Positions 1 to 9,483 of a stretch of 64,000 nucleotides of DNA are shown here, one piece after another. A program made the translations under genes and the position numbers. Source of the DNA: Pseudomonadota bacterium (GTDB lineage: Bacteria > Cyanobacteriota > Vampirovibrionia > Obscuribacterales > Obscuribacteraceae); the NCBI GenBank assembly GCA_021325555.1, contig JAJPGY010000041.1:3317-67316 (forward strand), read 5' to 3'. Every line of letters starts with the position of its first letter. Position 1 is the first letter of the stretch. Under the pieces are notes generated by a model, which searched no databases, was not told the DNA's origin, and saw only the letters and a program-made list of their open reading frames with translations.

Positions 1-614
1 GTGCTCAACCCCAGCTCCTGGTCGACCACCTCGTCGGCGCCCTCCTCCTCCGCCGCGGCGGCCGGCGCGCCGTGCAGGTGCAGGTACAGCTTGAGCCCGT
101 AGTGGGCGAGAAAGTCGAAGATGATATAGCTCGCCCCCACCCCGGCCAGCGCGCCTAGCGGGTCGTGGCGATAGAAGGTGCTGTAGGCCAGCCCGACCAG
201 CATGGACGGATAGGTGATGTCGTGGGGGATCAGCTTCTCGCGCAGGTCGGTGACGGTGACGGCGATGAGCGTGCAGACGAAGAACAACATGCCGGCCGCC
301 TGCCAGCTTACCCCGAACGCTCTTATCACCACGAAAAAAGCCGCCGCCGTCCCCAGCTCGACGGCCGGGTACTGCCAGGAGATGGGCGCCCGGCAGAAGC
401 GGCAGCGCCCCTTGAGCAGCAGGAAAGACACAAGCGGTATGTTGTCCCAGACCGGGATCCTCTTCTGACAGCGCATGCAGTGCGAGGGCGGCCAGACGAT
501 CGACTGTCCGGAAAGCGACCGCAAGGCCACAACATTGAGGAAGCTGCCGACCACCAGCCCGAAGGCTATGCTCAGCAGGTCGAGCGCCAGCGGGTGGTTG
601 AGGTTGCTTCCCAT
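1..614 (-). CDS. pilD: Prepilin peptidase / N-methyltransferase (A24 family, PilD-like); C-terminus runs off the window start
   Basis: My own minus-strand translation from the ATG at 614-612 gives MGSNLNHPLALDLLSIAFGLVVGSFLNVVALRSLSGQSIVWPPSHCMRCQKRIPVWDNIPLVSFLLLKGRCRFCRAPISWQYPAVEL... GSFLNV, the CxxC...CxxC pair and YP.VE form the classic PilD N-terminal pattern. The frame stays open to nt 1, so it is absent from the ORF track because it is open-ended. Confidence 0.85.
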   Translation of the reverse strand, partial: MGSNLNHPLALDLLSIAFGLVVGSFLNVVALRSLSGQSIVWPPSHCMRCQKRIPVWDNIPLVSFLLLKGRCRFCRAPISWQYPAVELGTAAAFFVVIRAFGVSWQAAGMLFFVCTLIAVTVTDLREKLIPHDITYPSMLVGLAYSTFYRHDPLGALAGVGASYIIFDFLAHYGLKLYLHLHGAPAAAAEEEGADEVVDQELGLS

Positions 615-720
615 CTCGAGCGCCAGCGTTCTTTCTAGCCGGTCGGGGTATCGATCTGTCGAGCCGGCAAGCCGTACCGGCCCTCCCTATTATATGCACG
701 GATACACGCTGTCCGAACGG

Positions 721-1506
721 TCAGGGAAATTCTCGCCGCTCGGTGACCAGGGTGGAGAGCGTGAGCAAAAGCAGAATATAGGCCACGACATAGGACAGGA
801 GGTAGAAGATGAGCTCCGGCTCCGGCTGGCGCGCGTAAACCAGGTCGAAGCGGATCTGCGTCAGCCGGGACAGATCGGGCATGAACCAGTAAAGGGTGTC
901 GAAGAGCCTGGCTACCCCGGCGCTCCTGGACAGGTGCGCGAGCTCCCTGAGCGACTGGACCATGTGCCCGATTACCCAGAGCCCGATCGTGAAGACCACC
1001 GACATGAGCGGCGTGGCGAAGGTGGAAAAGAAGGTGGCAATTGCCACCACAAACAGGATCTCCAGGTAGATGAGCAGGAGCGACTCGCCGAGAAGCGGGC
1101 TCACCACGTGCTCCGGCGAGCACAGGTAGATCGTCCCGCACAGGAACAGCCCCATGGCCGCGGTCACCACCAGCAGGCAGAAGGCGAGCCCCAGGTATTT
1201 GCCGGCCACAAACTGCCAGCGGGCGACCGGTTTGGTGAGGATGAGATAGATCGTCCGCCGGTCGATCTCCTTGTAAACCAGGCTGGTGCCCACGAAGATG
1301 CCGATGATACCGCCGATGAAGGCTATGGTCGTCAGCCCCAGATCCTCCAGCACCCGCAGATCCTGACCAACCGAGAGCGACCCGAGCAGGATGCCGGCCA
1401 GGGTGACAAGGAAGGCGAAGAACACGAAGGCGTAGAGCACCCGGTCGCGGACGGTCTCACGAAAGGTGTTGATGGCGATAGCCGCCAGCGGCGCCGTGAG
1501 CTTCAT
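721..1506 (-). CDS. ABC-2 type transporter permease
   Basis: 261 aa with several long hydrophobic segments (MKLTAPLAAIAINTFRETVRDRVLYAFVFFAFLVTLAGILLG...). The start lies 3 nt after the stop of the upstream ABC ATPase, a typical ATPase-permease pair. Confidence 0.7.
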   Translation of the reverse strand: MKLTAPLAAIAINTFRETVRDRVLYAFVFFAFLVTLAGILLGSLSVGQDLRVLEDLGLTTIAFIGGIIGIFVGTSLVYKEIDRRTIYLILTKPVARWQFVAGKYLGLAFCLLVVTAAMGLFLCGTIYLCSPEHVVSPLLGESLLLIYLEILFVVAIATFFSTFATPLMSVVFTIGLWVIGHMVQSLRELAHLSRSAGVARLFDTLYWFMPDLSRLTQIRFDLVYARQPEPELIFYLLSYVVAYILLLLTLSTLVTERREFP

Positions 1507-1509
1507 GGT

Positions 1510-2289
1510 CTAGCCTGCCTTGGGCACTGCTTTGCCATCCTCCTCGGCGCGATTGATGCAGTCGAGAAAGTAGTCCTCGAGGTTGCGGTAGTGCCCGCCG
1601 CCGCCCGTGATATTGGCCATCCTCTCCTCGCCCACCAGAACGCCCCGGTGGAGCACCCCCACCCGGTCGCAGACCTCGCTTACGTCGGGCAGCAGGTGCG
1701 AGTTGAAGAAGATCGTCTTGCCCTGCTCCTTCAGGCTCAAGAGGATGAGCCGGACATCGCGCCTGCCGATCGGGTCGAGCCCCGAGGTAGGCTCGTCCCA
1801 GAAAATTATTTCCGGATCGTTGATGAGCGACTGGGCGATCCCCAGGCGTTGCATCATGCCCTTAGAGTACTTGCGTATGGCCGTGCCCGCGGCCTCGGTG
1901 AGCGACACCATCTTGAGCAGCGCCTGGACGCGCTTTCGCCGCTCGGCGCCCGGCAGCCCGAAGATCTGCCCGGCAAAATCCAGGAACTCGCGCCCGGTTA
2001 AGTAGGAGTAAAAGTAGGGGTTCTCGGGCAGGAACCCTATCCGGCCCAGAGCCCGCCGGTGTCCGGCAGGATAGCCGAGCACGGACACCCTGCCCCGGGT
2101 CGGCCGCAAGAGCCCGAGCATGAGCTTCAAGGTGGTGGTCTTGCCGGCCCCGTTAAGCCCCAGCAGGCCGTACGTCTCCGAGCGCATGACCTGGAGGTTG
2201 AGCCTGTCGACGGCCGTGAACCGCTTGCGCAGGAAATGGCTTATATGGTCCTTGCCCAGCTCTTCGGCCTCGATGACGGGCGTGGTCAT
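1510..2289 (-). CDS. ABC transporter ATP-binding protein
   Basis: Internal start MTTPVIEAEELGK... at the ATG 2289-2287. Walker A GLNGAGKTTT, signature YSKGMMQRLGIA, Walker B IIFWDEPTSGLD. The upstream part of ORF 1510..3039 is out-of-frame read-through of the sigma gene. Confidence 0.9.
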   Translation of the reverse strand: MTTPVIEAEELGKDHISHFLRKRFTAVDRLNLQVMRSETYGLLGLNGAGKTTTLKLMLGLLRPTRGRVSVLGYPAGHRRALGRIGFLPENPYFYSYLTGREFLDFAGQIFGLPGAERRKRVQALLKMVSLTEAAGTAIRKYSKGMMQRLGIAQSLINDPEIIFWDEPTSGLDPIGRRDVRLILLSLKEQGKTIFFNSHLLPDVSEVCDRVGVLHRGVLVGEERMANITGGGGHYRNLEDYFLDCINRAEEDGKAVPKAG

Positions 2290-3107
2290 GACTTCCTTTC
2301 TATCTGTCCACCCGATTTCTTGGTCTGGTTGATTATTCGCTGCAACTCGGTGACCGCCGCCCGCAGCCGCCTGGACACCTGCATCTGGGAGATCCCCAGC
2401 CGCCTGGCCACCTCGGTCTGGGACAGGTCCTCGTAGAAGGTGAGCTGCACCACCTCGCGCAGGCCGTCGCGCAGCTGCTTGATCGCCTCGGCGAGCATGA
2501 AACGGTCTTCCTTGGCGATCTGGTTGCTCTGATACTTCCCGTCCACCAGCGTATCGATGAGCGACTGCTCGGAGCCGGCATCGTTGGACAGCGCCTGATC
2601 GAGCGAGATGAGCGTGCGGCGCCGGTCGACCTCGTAAGCCTCGCTCACCCTCGACACCGGAATCTGGAGCTCGCCGGCAATCTCGGCGTCGCTGGGCTCC
2701 CGGCCGAGCCTGGCGGTCAGGTTCTGCACCAGCCTGTTGATGCGGAAGGAGAGCTCCTGCAGCTCGCGCGGCGCCCGTATCATCGCCGTCTTGTCGCGCA
2801 GGTAGTGCCTGATCTCGCCGGTAATCAGGTGGGTGGCGTAGGTTTGAAACTTGGCGCCGGCGTCCGGCTTGAACTGATCGACGGCCTTTATGAGCCCGAT
2901 CGAGCCGACCTGGATCAGATCCTCGACCGGGTCGGTGGAGCGGCGGGCCAGACCGTAGGCGATCCGCTTGACCAGCGGCAGCGCCGACTGGATGATGGCG
3001 TCCCGCAGGGAAGGGTCGCGCCCGGCCGAGTAGTCGCAAAGCCAGACGTGCACCTGGTCGACGCCTTTATCCCCATCGGGCGCCCTGCCGCTGCCCGCAC
3101 CCGGCAT
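2286..3107 (-). CDS. Group-3 sigma-70 family factor (SigF/SigB/FliA-like)
   Basis: Region 2 motif DLIQVGSIGLIKAVDQFKP...YATHLITGEIRHYLRD. Region 4.2 HTH LSQTEVARRLGISQMQVSRRLR. The start is uncertain: ATG at 3107 (MPGAGSG...) or TTG at 3167. The stop TGA overlaps the ABC ATPase ATG as ATGA (2286-2289). Confidence 0.85.
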   Translation of the reverse strand: MPGAGSGRAPDGDKGVDQVHVWLCDYSAGRDPSLRDAIIQSALPLVKRIAYGLARRSTDPVEDLIQVGSIGLIKAVDQFKPDAGAKFQTYATHLITGEIRHYLRDKTAMIRAPRELQELSFRINRLVQNLTARLGREPSDAEIAGELQIPVSRVSEAYEVDRRRTLISLDQALSNDAGSEQSLIDTLVDGKYQSNQIAKEDRFMLAEAIKQLRDGLREVVQLTFYEDLSQTEVARRLGISQMQVSRRLRAAVTELQRIINQTKKSGGQIERKS

Positions 3108-3233
3108 TGACTCTTTTGCTTGCAAGCGCTTGCTCACCAGATGACTCAGACCCCGGGCCGACACCAACTATTCTATGGCACGGACTCCAGTCTGAGGAAG
3201 AGGAGCCCGGTCGCTCCTCCCCATTAAATCACA

Positions 3234-4454
3234 TCAGCGGATCTGGTTGATAACCGTAAAGATCGGCAGGTACATCCCGACCACCACCGAGCCGACGATG
3301 CCGCCTATGCCCACGACCATGATCGGCTCCAGAAGGGAGGTCAGGGCCTCGACCGAATTTTCCACCTCGACATCGTAAAAGTCGGCGACCTTGCCCAGCA
3401 TCTCGTCGAGGCGCCCGGTCTCCTCGCCGACGGCCACCATCTGCGTGACCATGGGCGGGAAGAGCGGGTCCCGGGCCAGCGGCTTGGAGACGCTGCCGCC
3501 CTGGCGCACCTCGGTGCTTATCTTGTCCACGGACAGCGACAGCACGGCGTTGCCGGCCGTGTCCTTCACCACGTCCAGGGCCGAGAGCATGGGCACGCCG
3601 GAGCGGACCAGGGTGCCGAACGTGCGGCTGAAGCGGGCGATACAGACCTTCTTGATAAGGTCCCCGAAAACAGGCACCCTGAGCAGCAGCCCGTCGATCT
3701 GCACGCGCCCGCCCTCGGTGCCGTACCAGCTCTTGAGCCCCCAGGCGGCGCCGATCATGGCCACCACAAAGAGGCCCATCCAGATCGAGCGCATGAAGCC
3801 GGAGAGGTTGATCAGGAACTGGGTGTAGGCGGGCAGCTCGCCGCCGACGTTCTTGAAGAGCCCCTGGAAGATGGGCAGGATGAACGTGAGCATGGCCCAG
3901 AAGACGACAACCGCCACGGCCAGCACGACCGAGGGGTAGACCATGGCCGACTTGACCTTGGCGTTGAGCTTGGCCCTTGCCTCCATGAACTCGGCCAGCC
4001 GTTTGAGGACCTCGTCGAGGATGCCGCCCGCCTCGCCCGCCCGCACCATGGCCACGTAGAGGTTGTCGAAGACGTCGGGGTGCCTGGCCATGGTGTCGGA
4101 AAGCGACATCCCCGACTCCACGCCCCGGCGAACCGAATCCAGCGTGCGCTTCAGCTTGGGGTTCTCGCACTGCTCGCACATGATGGTAAGCGAGCGCAGC
4201 ATCGCCACCCCCGCCCCGACCATGGCCGAGAACTGCCGGGAGAAGACGACCATGTCCTTGAGCTTCACCTGCTCCATGAAGGCCATGAACTGGCCCATGT
4301 CCATGTCCATGAGACCGCCGCGGGCGCGGATCTCGATCACATCCATGCCGCGCGCATTGAGCCTCTGGTGGAGGGCGGTCTGCGAATCGGCCTGCGCCAC
4401 CGCCTCGGTTATCCGCCCGCGCTCGTCCCTTACCTTGTATAAAAATTCGGGCAC
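3234..4454 (-). CDS. pilC: Type IV pilus platform protein PilC (T2SS F family)
   Basis: 406 aa, MPEFLYKVRDERGRITEAVAQADS... It has the duplicated GspF-type architecture, with cytoplasmic domains alternating with hydrophobic segments, and sits directly downstream of pilT and pilB. Confidence 0.9.
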   Translation of the reverse strand: MPEFLYKVRDERGRITEAVAQADSQTALHQRLNARGMDVIEIRARGGLMDMDMGQFMAFMEQVKLKDMVVFSRQFSAMVGAGVAMLRSLTIMCEQCENPKLKRTLDSVRRGVESGMSLSDTMARHPDVFDNLYVAMVRAGEAGGILDEVLKRLAEFMEARAKLNAKVKSAMVYPSVVLAVAVVVFWAMLTFILPIFQGLFKNVGGELPAYTQFLINLSGFMRSIWMGLFVVAMIGAAWGLKSWYGTEGGRVQIDGLLLRVPVFGDLIKKVCIARFSRTFGTLVRSGVPMLSALDVVKDTAGNAVLSLSVDKISTEVRQGGSVSKPLARDPLFPPMVTQMVAVGEETGRLDEMLGKVADFYDVEVENSVEALTSLLEPIMVVGIGGIVGSVVVGMYLPIFTVINQIR

Positions 4455-4487
4455 GAACCTGTCTCCTGCCGCCTTGCCAACTGCCCA

Positions 4488-5609
4488 TCATCGGCGGATG
4501 GACATGCCGGCCATGGACGCCTGTCCCGTGCCGACCAGGCGCTGGAAGTCCTCGGGCCGGCTGGTCTTGGCCATGGCGTCCTCATAGGTGACCAGCCCTT
4601 GCTTGACAAGGCCGGCCAGATACGCCTCCAGCGTCTGCATGCCCAGCGCGCCGCCCATCTGAATGGCCGAGTAGATCTGGGCCGTCTTCGACTCGCGGAT
4701 CAAATTGGCGATAGCCGGGGTGTTAATCATGATCTCGAGCGCCAGCACCCGGCCCTTGGTGGTCGGGCTGCCACCCACCTGCTGCTGCAGCCGCGGCAGC
4801 AGGGTCTGCGAGAGCACGGCCACCAGCCCGTTGGAGAGCATGACCCGCACCTGCTGCTGCTCGGCGGGCGGGAAGACGTCCACGATGCGGTCGATCGTCT
4901 GGGCGGCCGAGGAGGTGTGCAGGGTGGCGAAGACCAGGTGCCCGGTCTCGGCGGCCGTGAGCGCCAGGCGCACCGTCTCCAGGTCGCGCATCTCGCCGAC
5001 CAGGATGATATCCGGGTCCTCGCGCAGGGCGGCGCGCAGGGCGTTCTCGAAGCTCTTGGTATCGCCGCCCAGCTCCCGCTGGCTGACCACCGACTGCTTG
5101 TTGGTGTGCATGAACTCGATCGGATCCTCGATGGTCAGGATGTGCTCGGCCCGGTTCTCGTTGATCCAGTCGATCATCGCCGCCAGCGTGGTCGACTTGC
5201 CGGAGCCGGTCGGCCCGGTGACCAGGACCATGCCCCGCGGCTTGTGGGCAATCTCCTTGACCACCGGCGGCAGGTTCAGATCATCGATCGAGGGCACCCG
5301 GGAGGCGATGGTGCGCAGGGCGGCGGCATAGTGGCCCCGGTCCTTGTAGACGTTAACCCGGAAGCGCCCCATCCCCTCGACGCCGTAGCTGCAATCGAGC
5401 TCGTAGCTCTGCTCGAGCGTCTTGCGCTGCTCGGGGGTGAGGATCGAGAAGATAAGCCGCTGCACCTCCTCCCTGGTCAGGGGGTCGAAATCGCAGCGGA
5501 TGAGTTTGCCCGAGACCCTGAGGATGGGCGGCTGCCCGACCTTCAGGTGCAGGTCCGAGGCGCCGCGGTCGAAGCACAGCTGCAGGATCTCTTGCATGTC
5601 GATTGCCAT
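4488..5609 (-). CDS. pilT: Twitching-motility retraction ATPase PilT
   Basis: 373 aa. N-terminus DLHLKVGQPPILRVSG, Walker A GPTGSGKSTT, Walker B/Asp box ILVGEMRD, and the PilT signature-like AIANLIRESK. Confidence 0.92.
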   Translation of the reverse strand: MAIDMQEILQLCFDRGASDLHLKVGQPPILRVSGKLIRCDFDPLTREEVQRLIFSILTPEQRKTLEQSYELDCSYGVEGMGRFRVNVYKDRGHYAAALRTIASRVPSIDDLNLPPVVKEIAHKPRGMVLVTGPTGSGKSTTLAAMIDWINENRAEHILTIEDPIEFMHTNKQSVVSQRELGGDTKSFENALRAALREDPDIILVGEMRDLETVRLALTAAETGHLVFATLHTSSAAQTIDRIVDVFPPAEQQQVRVMLSNGLVAVLSQTLLPRLQQQVGGSPTTKGRVLALEIMINTPAIANLIRESKTAQIYSAIQMGGALGMQTLEAYLAGLVKQGLVTYEDAMAKTSRPEDFQRLVGTGQASMAGMSIRR

Positions 5610-5628
5610 GGTTTTCTCATCCCCCGAA

Positions 5629-7719
5629 TCACGCCACCGGCTGCCTGGTCTCCAGCCGCTCCCCGACCTGGGCCTTGCGCGGGGTCTGGCAGTACGGGCA
5701 GAGCACCCACTCGCCGTGCACCTCCGCCTCGCAGCCCCTGCAGACGCTCTCCAGCTGGGCCTCCTCCTGGGACATGCCGCACTTCGGGCAGCTCGCCCAG
5801 CCTTCCTCCTGCAGGGTGCCGCAACGGACGCAGGACGACTTCAGCTCGTGCTGGCAGAACGGGCACTTGATGAAGTCCTCGCCTATCGGGTTGCGGCACT
5901 TGGGACACAGCGTGTCCTGGCCGGCCGTATCGGAAAGCGTGACCCGCACCACCTCGTCTGTGGTGGTCAGCCCCTGCCCGACCAGCCGCAGGCTGTAGTC
6001 CTTGAGCGGCACCATTCCGGACTGCTTGGCGGCAAAGCGGATCATGGCCGTGGTGGCGCCGCTGGCTATGAGCTCGCGGATCTCGTCGTTGATCTTCATC
6101 ACCTCGTAGCAGCCCACCCGCCCCTTGTAGCCGGTGTTGTTGCAAGTCTCGCAGCCCCTGCCCCGTTTGAAGATCGGCAGCCCCTTGTTGTTGAGGCGCA
6201 GGCGGAAATACTGGCTTTGCGACTCGGCGATGCGCTCGCTGCCCTTGTCCATGAGCCCCAGGTACTCGAGCGTGTGCAGCTCCGGCACGTACTCCTCGGC
6301 GCAGTCCGGGCAGATGCGGCGCACCAGCCTTTGCGCGACCACGCCCACGGTGGCGGCGGCGGTGAGGAACGGGTCGACCTCCATCTCCTTGAGGCGGCTC
6401 ATCGCCCCGGGCGCGTCGTTGGTGTGCAGGGTCGTGAACACCAGGTGACCGGTGAGCGCGGCCTCGACGGCCGTCTTGGCCGTCTCCCGGTCGCGGGTTT
6501 CACCTACTAGCATGATGTCCGGGTCCTGGCGCAGGAAGGCGCGCAGGATGCGGCTGAAATCCAGCCCCTTCTCGCGCAGCACCTGCACCTGGGTGATGCC
6601 GCCCATATCGTATTCAATCGGGTCCTCGGCGGTGACGATGTTCACCTCCGGCGAGTTGCGCTCGGCAAGCGCCGAATAGAGCGTGGTGGATTTTCCCGAG
6701 CCGGTCGGTCCGGTGACAAAGAGGATGCCGTAGGGCTTGTTGACCATCTCGCGCACCACCTCCAGGATCTCGGGTTCGGTGATGAGCTTGTCCAGCCCCA
6801 GCTGCGTATTGGACTTATCGAGAAGACGCATGACCACCTTCTCGCCGTGCTTGGCCGGCACGGTGGAGACACGGAAGTCGATGTCGCGCCCGGAGAAGCG
6901 CACCCGGATCCGCCCGTCCTGCGGCACCCGGCGCTCGGCGATGTCCAGGTCGGCCATTATCTTGTAGCGGGAGGTGAGCGCGGCCAGAATCGCCTTGGGC
7001 AGCCGGCGGTCGACGAAGAGCACTCCGTCCAGGCGGTAGCGCACCGTCACCTCGCGCTCCTGCGGCTCGATGTGCACATCCGAGCAGCGCCTCTTGATCG
7101 CCTTGGCGAGAATCTGGTTGGCCAGGAGAACAATCGGCGCATCCTGGGCCTGGCGAGCCAGGTCGAGGTCGTTGACGTCCTCGTCCGTCTCGGCCATGAC
7201 ATCCAGCGTGCTCAGGTCGACGTCGGCCTCGATGAAGCTCTTGTCCGCCTCGTCGTAGGTTTCCTCCATGAGCTGGTCCTGCCGCCTGGCGTAGATGGTC
7301 TCCATGAAGTGCTGGAAATCATCCTCGGTGCAGACGACCGGCTTTATCTGCACGCCCTTCAGCCTGTACTTGATGTCGTCGAGGGCGATCAGGTTGTTGG
7401 GGTTGACCATGGCCAGGGTCAGGCGATTGCCCTGGCGGGCGATCGGCACCACCTGGTGCTGGCGCATCACCGCCTCCGGAAGCACATAAAGGCACTCCGG
7501 GTCGGCCTCGGTCTTGGAAAGCGAGACGTAATTGACCCCGTACTGGAGCTCGAGCGCGTTTTTGACGTGGTTCTCGGTGGCCAGCCCCAGCCGGGAGAGG
7601 ATGAGGCTTATCGGCTCGCCGGTTTTCTGCTGCTCCGCCTGCACCAGGGCCAGCTCGTCCTGGGTAATCAGCCCGTTGTCGACCAGCAGCTCACCAATCT
7701 CTTTCTTTACTAGGGCCAT
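5629..7719 (-). CDS. pilB: Type IV pilus assembly ATPase PilB (GspE family) with a C-terminal triple zinc-ribbon extension
   Basis: 696 aa. T2SSE N-domain (ELLVDNGLITQDELALVQAEQQ), Walker A GPTGSGKSTT, canonical internal tetracysteine CPDC...CETC. About 100 extra C-terminal residues carry three further CxxC...CxxC pairs. Confidence 0.92.
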   Translation of the reverse strand: MALVKKEIGELLVDNGLITQDELALVQAEQQKTGEPISLILSRLGLATENHVKNALELQYGVNYVSLSKTEADPECLYVLPEAVMRQHQVVPIARQGNRLTLAMVNPNNLIALDDIKYRLKGVQIKPVVCTEDDFQHFMETIYARRQDQLMEETYDEADKSFIEADVDLSTLDVMAETDEDVNDLDLARQAQDAPIVLLANQILAKAIKRRCSDVHIEPQEREVTVRYRLDGVLFVDRRLPKAILAALTSRYKIMADLDIAERRVPQDGRIRVRFSGRDIDFRVSTVPAKHGEKVVMRLLDKSNTQLGLDKLITEPEILEVVREMVNKPYGILFVTGPTGSGKSTTLYSALAERNSPEVNIVTAEDPIEYDMGGITQVQVLREKGLDFSRILRAFLRQDPDIMLVGETRDRETAKTAVEAALTGHLVFTTLHTNDAPGAMSRLKEMEVDPFLTAAATVGVVAQRLVRRICPDCAEEYVPELHTLEYLGLMDKGSERIAESQSQYFRLRLNNKGLPIFKRGRGCETCNNTGYKGRVGCYEVMKINDEIRELIASGATTAMIRFAAKQSGMVPLKDYSLRLVGQGLTTTDEVVRVTLSDTAGQDTLCPKCRNPIGEDFIKCPFCQHELKSSCVRCGTLQEEGWASCPKCGMSQEEAQLESVCRGCEAEVHGEWVLCPYCQTPRKAQVGERLETRQPVA

Positions 7720-7883
7720 TAATCTCTGTTCCCAAGCCCGCTCTCACGACAACATGCCGCGCCGATGCGGACTTTAAACCACCCGAATGCCCGGCACCCC
7801 CGGAGAACCGGCAGCATGCCTGCCGCGGCCTTTGTTCCCGAGGCGGGTGCATACTAAACGTCAATGTAGAATAAAGTGGACTC

Positions 7884-9482
7884 ATGTTCCCCCAAATTAA
7901 ACCAGATCCGGAAAGCGCCGGCTCGCCCCCGCCCGCCAGCCGGGCCGGCCCGCCGCCGCCGGTCCTCCTCCTCATCCTCCTGCTGGCGGCCGGTTTGCGC
8001 TTCGCCGGCATCACCTTCGACAGCCTGTGGCTGGACGAGGGTTATCAGAGCGTGGTCGAGAGCGTCGGGCGCGCGCTGCCCGACTTTACCAGGCAGCCTG
8101 CCGCGGCCTATCTCTTCCGCCCCGGCCCGCCGGGCGCCCTGTCCGAGGTGATCTCCCGCTTCCGGCAGGTGGATCCGCTCTGCCCGCCGCTCTATGCCGT
8201 GCTTTTGAACCGCTGGATGACCCTTTTCGGGGAAAGCGACCTGGCCTGCCGGGCGCTTTCGGCGGTGCTCTCGCTTTCCACCCTGGCGGCGGTCTATCTG
8301 GTCGCCCGCAAGGTTTTCGACCGGCCCGCGGCGACGCTGGCCGTGATATTGCAGGCGGTGTCGCCTTTCGACATTCACTACGCGCAGGAGGCGCGCATGT
8401 ACAGCCTGGAGATCCTGGCGTCGACCCTCTCCTGCGGCTCGCTCATCTGGCTCGCCGCCGGCGGCAGGCCGGCAAGCGCCGAGAGATTGATATCGCTGGC
8501 GGTGTACGCCGGCTCCACCTGGGCCCTCATCAACAGCCACTACACGGCCCTTTTCGTTGTCCTCTTTCAGGGCTTGTTCCTGACCGTCCTGGCCGTCAAG
8601 CGCCGGGATCCAGGGCTTTTCGCCGGCGTGGCCGCGGCCTGGCTGGGCGTTCTCCTTGCCTGGCTGCCCTGGCTGCATCTTTTCCGGCAGGCGGCGGCCG
8701 CGCGCACCGCCTCCTTTTACGTGGCGCGGGCGGCCAGCTGGTGGTGGCCCTTCTGGGCGCTTCTGGTGAGGGTGCCGTTCAACTGGATCGTCTTCCTCTC
8801 GGGCAACCAGGTGGTGGCGTATGCGGCGCCGCTCTACGCCACCTCGGCCTTCTTTCTGGCGGCGGCCGCCAGGGGCCGGCGCGGTGACACCGCCGGCGAT
8901 GGCAGGCCGGCTTGCCGCTGGCCGGCGGCGGCGGTTTTCGTATGGGCATGGGCGATCGTGCCGCCGCTTTTCGTCTGGCTGCTGGATGTGAAGGAGGGGC
9001 ACCGCGTCGTGGAGATCTCGCGCTATCTGGTGGCCACGGCGCCGGCCGTCTACATTCTGGCCGGGCGCGGCGCCTCGCTGCTCATCGCCCGGCGCCGGCT
9101 GGTGATCTTGCTTGTCGCCCACGTCTTTTTTGCCCTGCTGAACACCGCCTACGCGCACGTCGTTCCCCACCGCGAGCCGTGGCGCCAGATGGCCGCCCTG
9201 GTCGACGGCCTGGTTGCGCCGTCAGAGCTTGTCCTTGTCGCCCAGCCGTACGACATAGTCTGCCTGGACCGCTATCTCAGCCGGCCCAAGCTGCAGGTGG
9301 GCGTGACGCCGGGGCAGGGGCGCCGGGGGATTGAGCAGGCGGTCGGCGGGCGAGCCGGCTTCTGGCTGGTGACGGCGCAGGAAGGTGAGGCGGTGAAGGA
9401 TCTGATCCCCGAGCGCTACCGGATCGAGCGGCAGATCGACCTGCATCACGGGCTGCACCTGCGTCTTTACCGGCAGCGGTAG
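7884..9482 (+). CDS. GT-C fold membrane glycosyltransferase (GT39 / PMT_2 / ArnT-like)
   Basis: 532 aa polytopic membrane protein. The first-loop acidic motif GITFDSLWLDEGYQ is typical of PMT_2/ArnT-type enzymes that use polyprenyl-phosphate sugars. Confidence 0.7.
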   Translation: MFPQIKPDPESAGSPPPASRAGPPPPVLLLILLLAAGLRFAGITFDSLWLDEGYQSVVESVGRALPDFTRQPAAAYLFRPGPPGALSEVISRFRQVDPLCPPLYAVLLNRWMTLFGESDLACRALSAVLSLSTLAAVYLVARKVFDRPAATLAVILQAVSPFDIHYAQEARMYSLEILASTLSCGSLIWLAAGGRPASAERLISLAVYAGSTWALINSHYTALFVVLFQGLFLTVLAVKRRDPGLFAGVAAAWLGVLLAWLPWLHLFRQAAAARTASFYVARAASWWWPFWALLVRVPFNWIVFLSGNQVVAYAAPLYATSAFFLAAAARGRRGDTAGDGRPACRWPAAAVFVWAWAIVPPLFVWLLDVKEGHRVVEISRYLVATAPAVYILAGRGASLLIARRRLVILLVAHVFFALLNTAYAHVVPHREPWRQMAALVDGLVAPSELVLVAQPYDIVCLDRYLSRPKLQVGVTPGQGRRGIEQAVGGRAGFWLVTAQEGEAVKDLIPERYRIERQIDLHHGLHLRLYRQR

Positions 9483-9483
9483 C

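Noticed and set aside
475-2001. Long plus-strand ORF (508 aa), and many similar long ORFs antisense to real genes. Examples: 4599-5870, 6847-7713, 7854-9170, 10359-11249, 12264-13706, 13814-15166, 15148-16248, 16389-17756, 19000-19962, 41004-41759, 41870-42841, 45714-47363, 48258-49163, 49763-50821, 52259-53077.
   Set aside because: Their translations are Arg/Gly/Pro/Ala/His-rich low-complexity strings with no motifs. They mirror well-supported genes on the opposite strand. This is the expected absence of stop codons in a high-GC genome, not coding.
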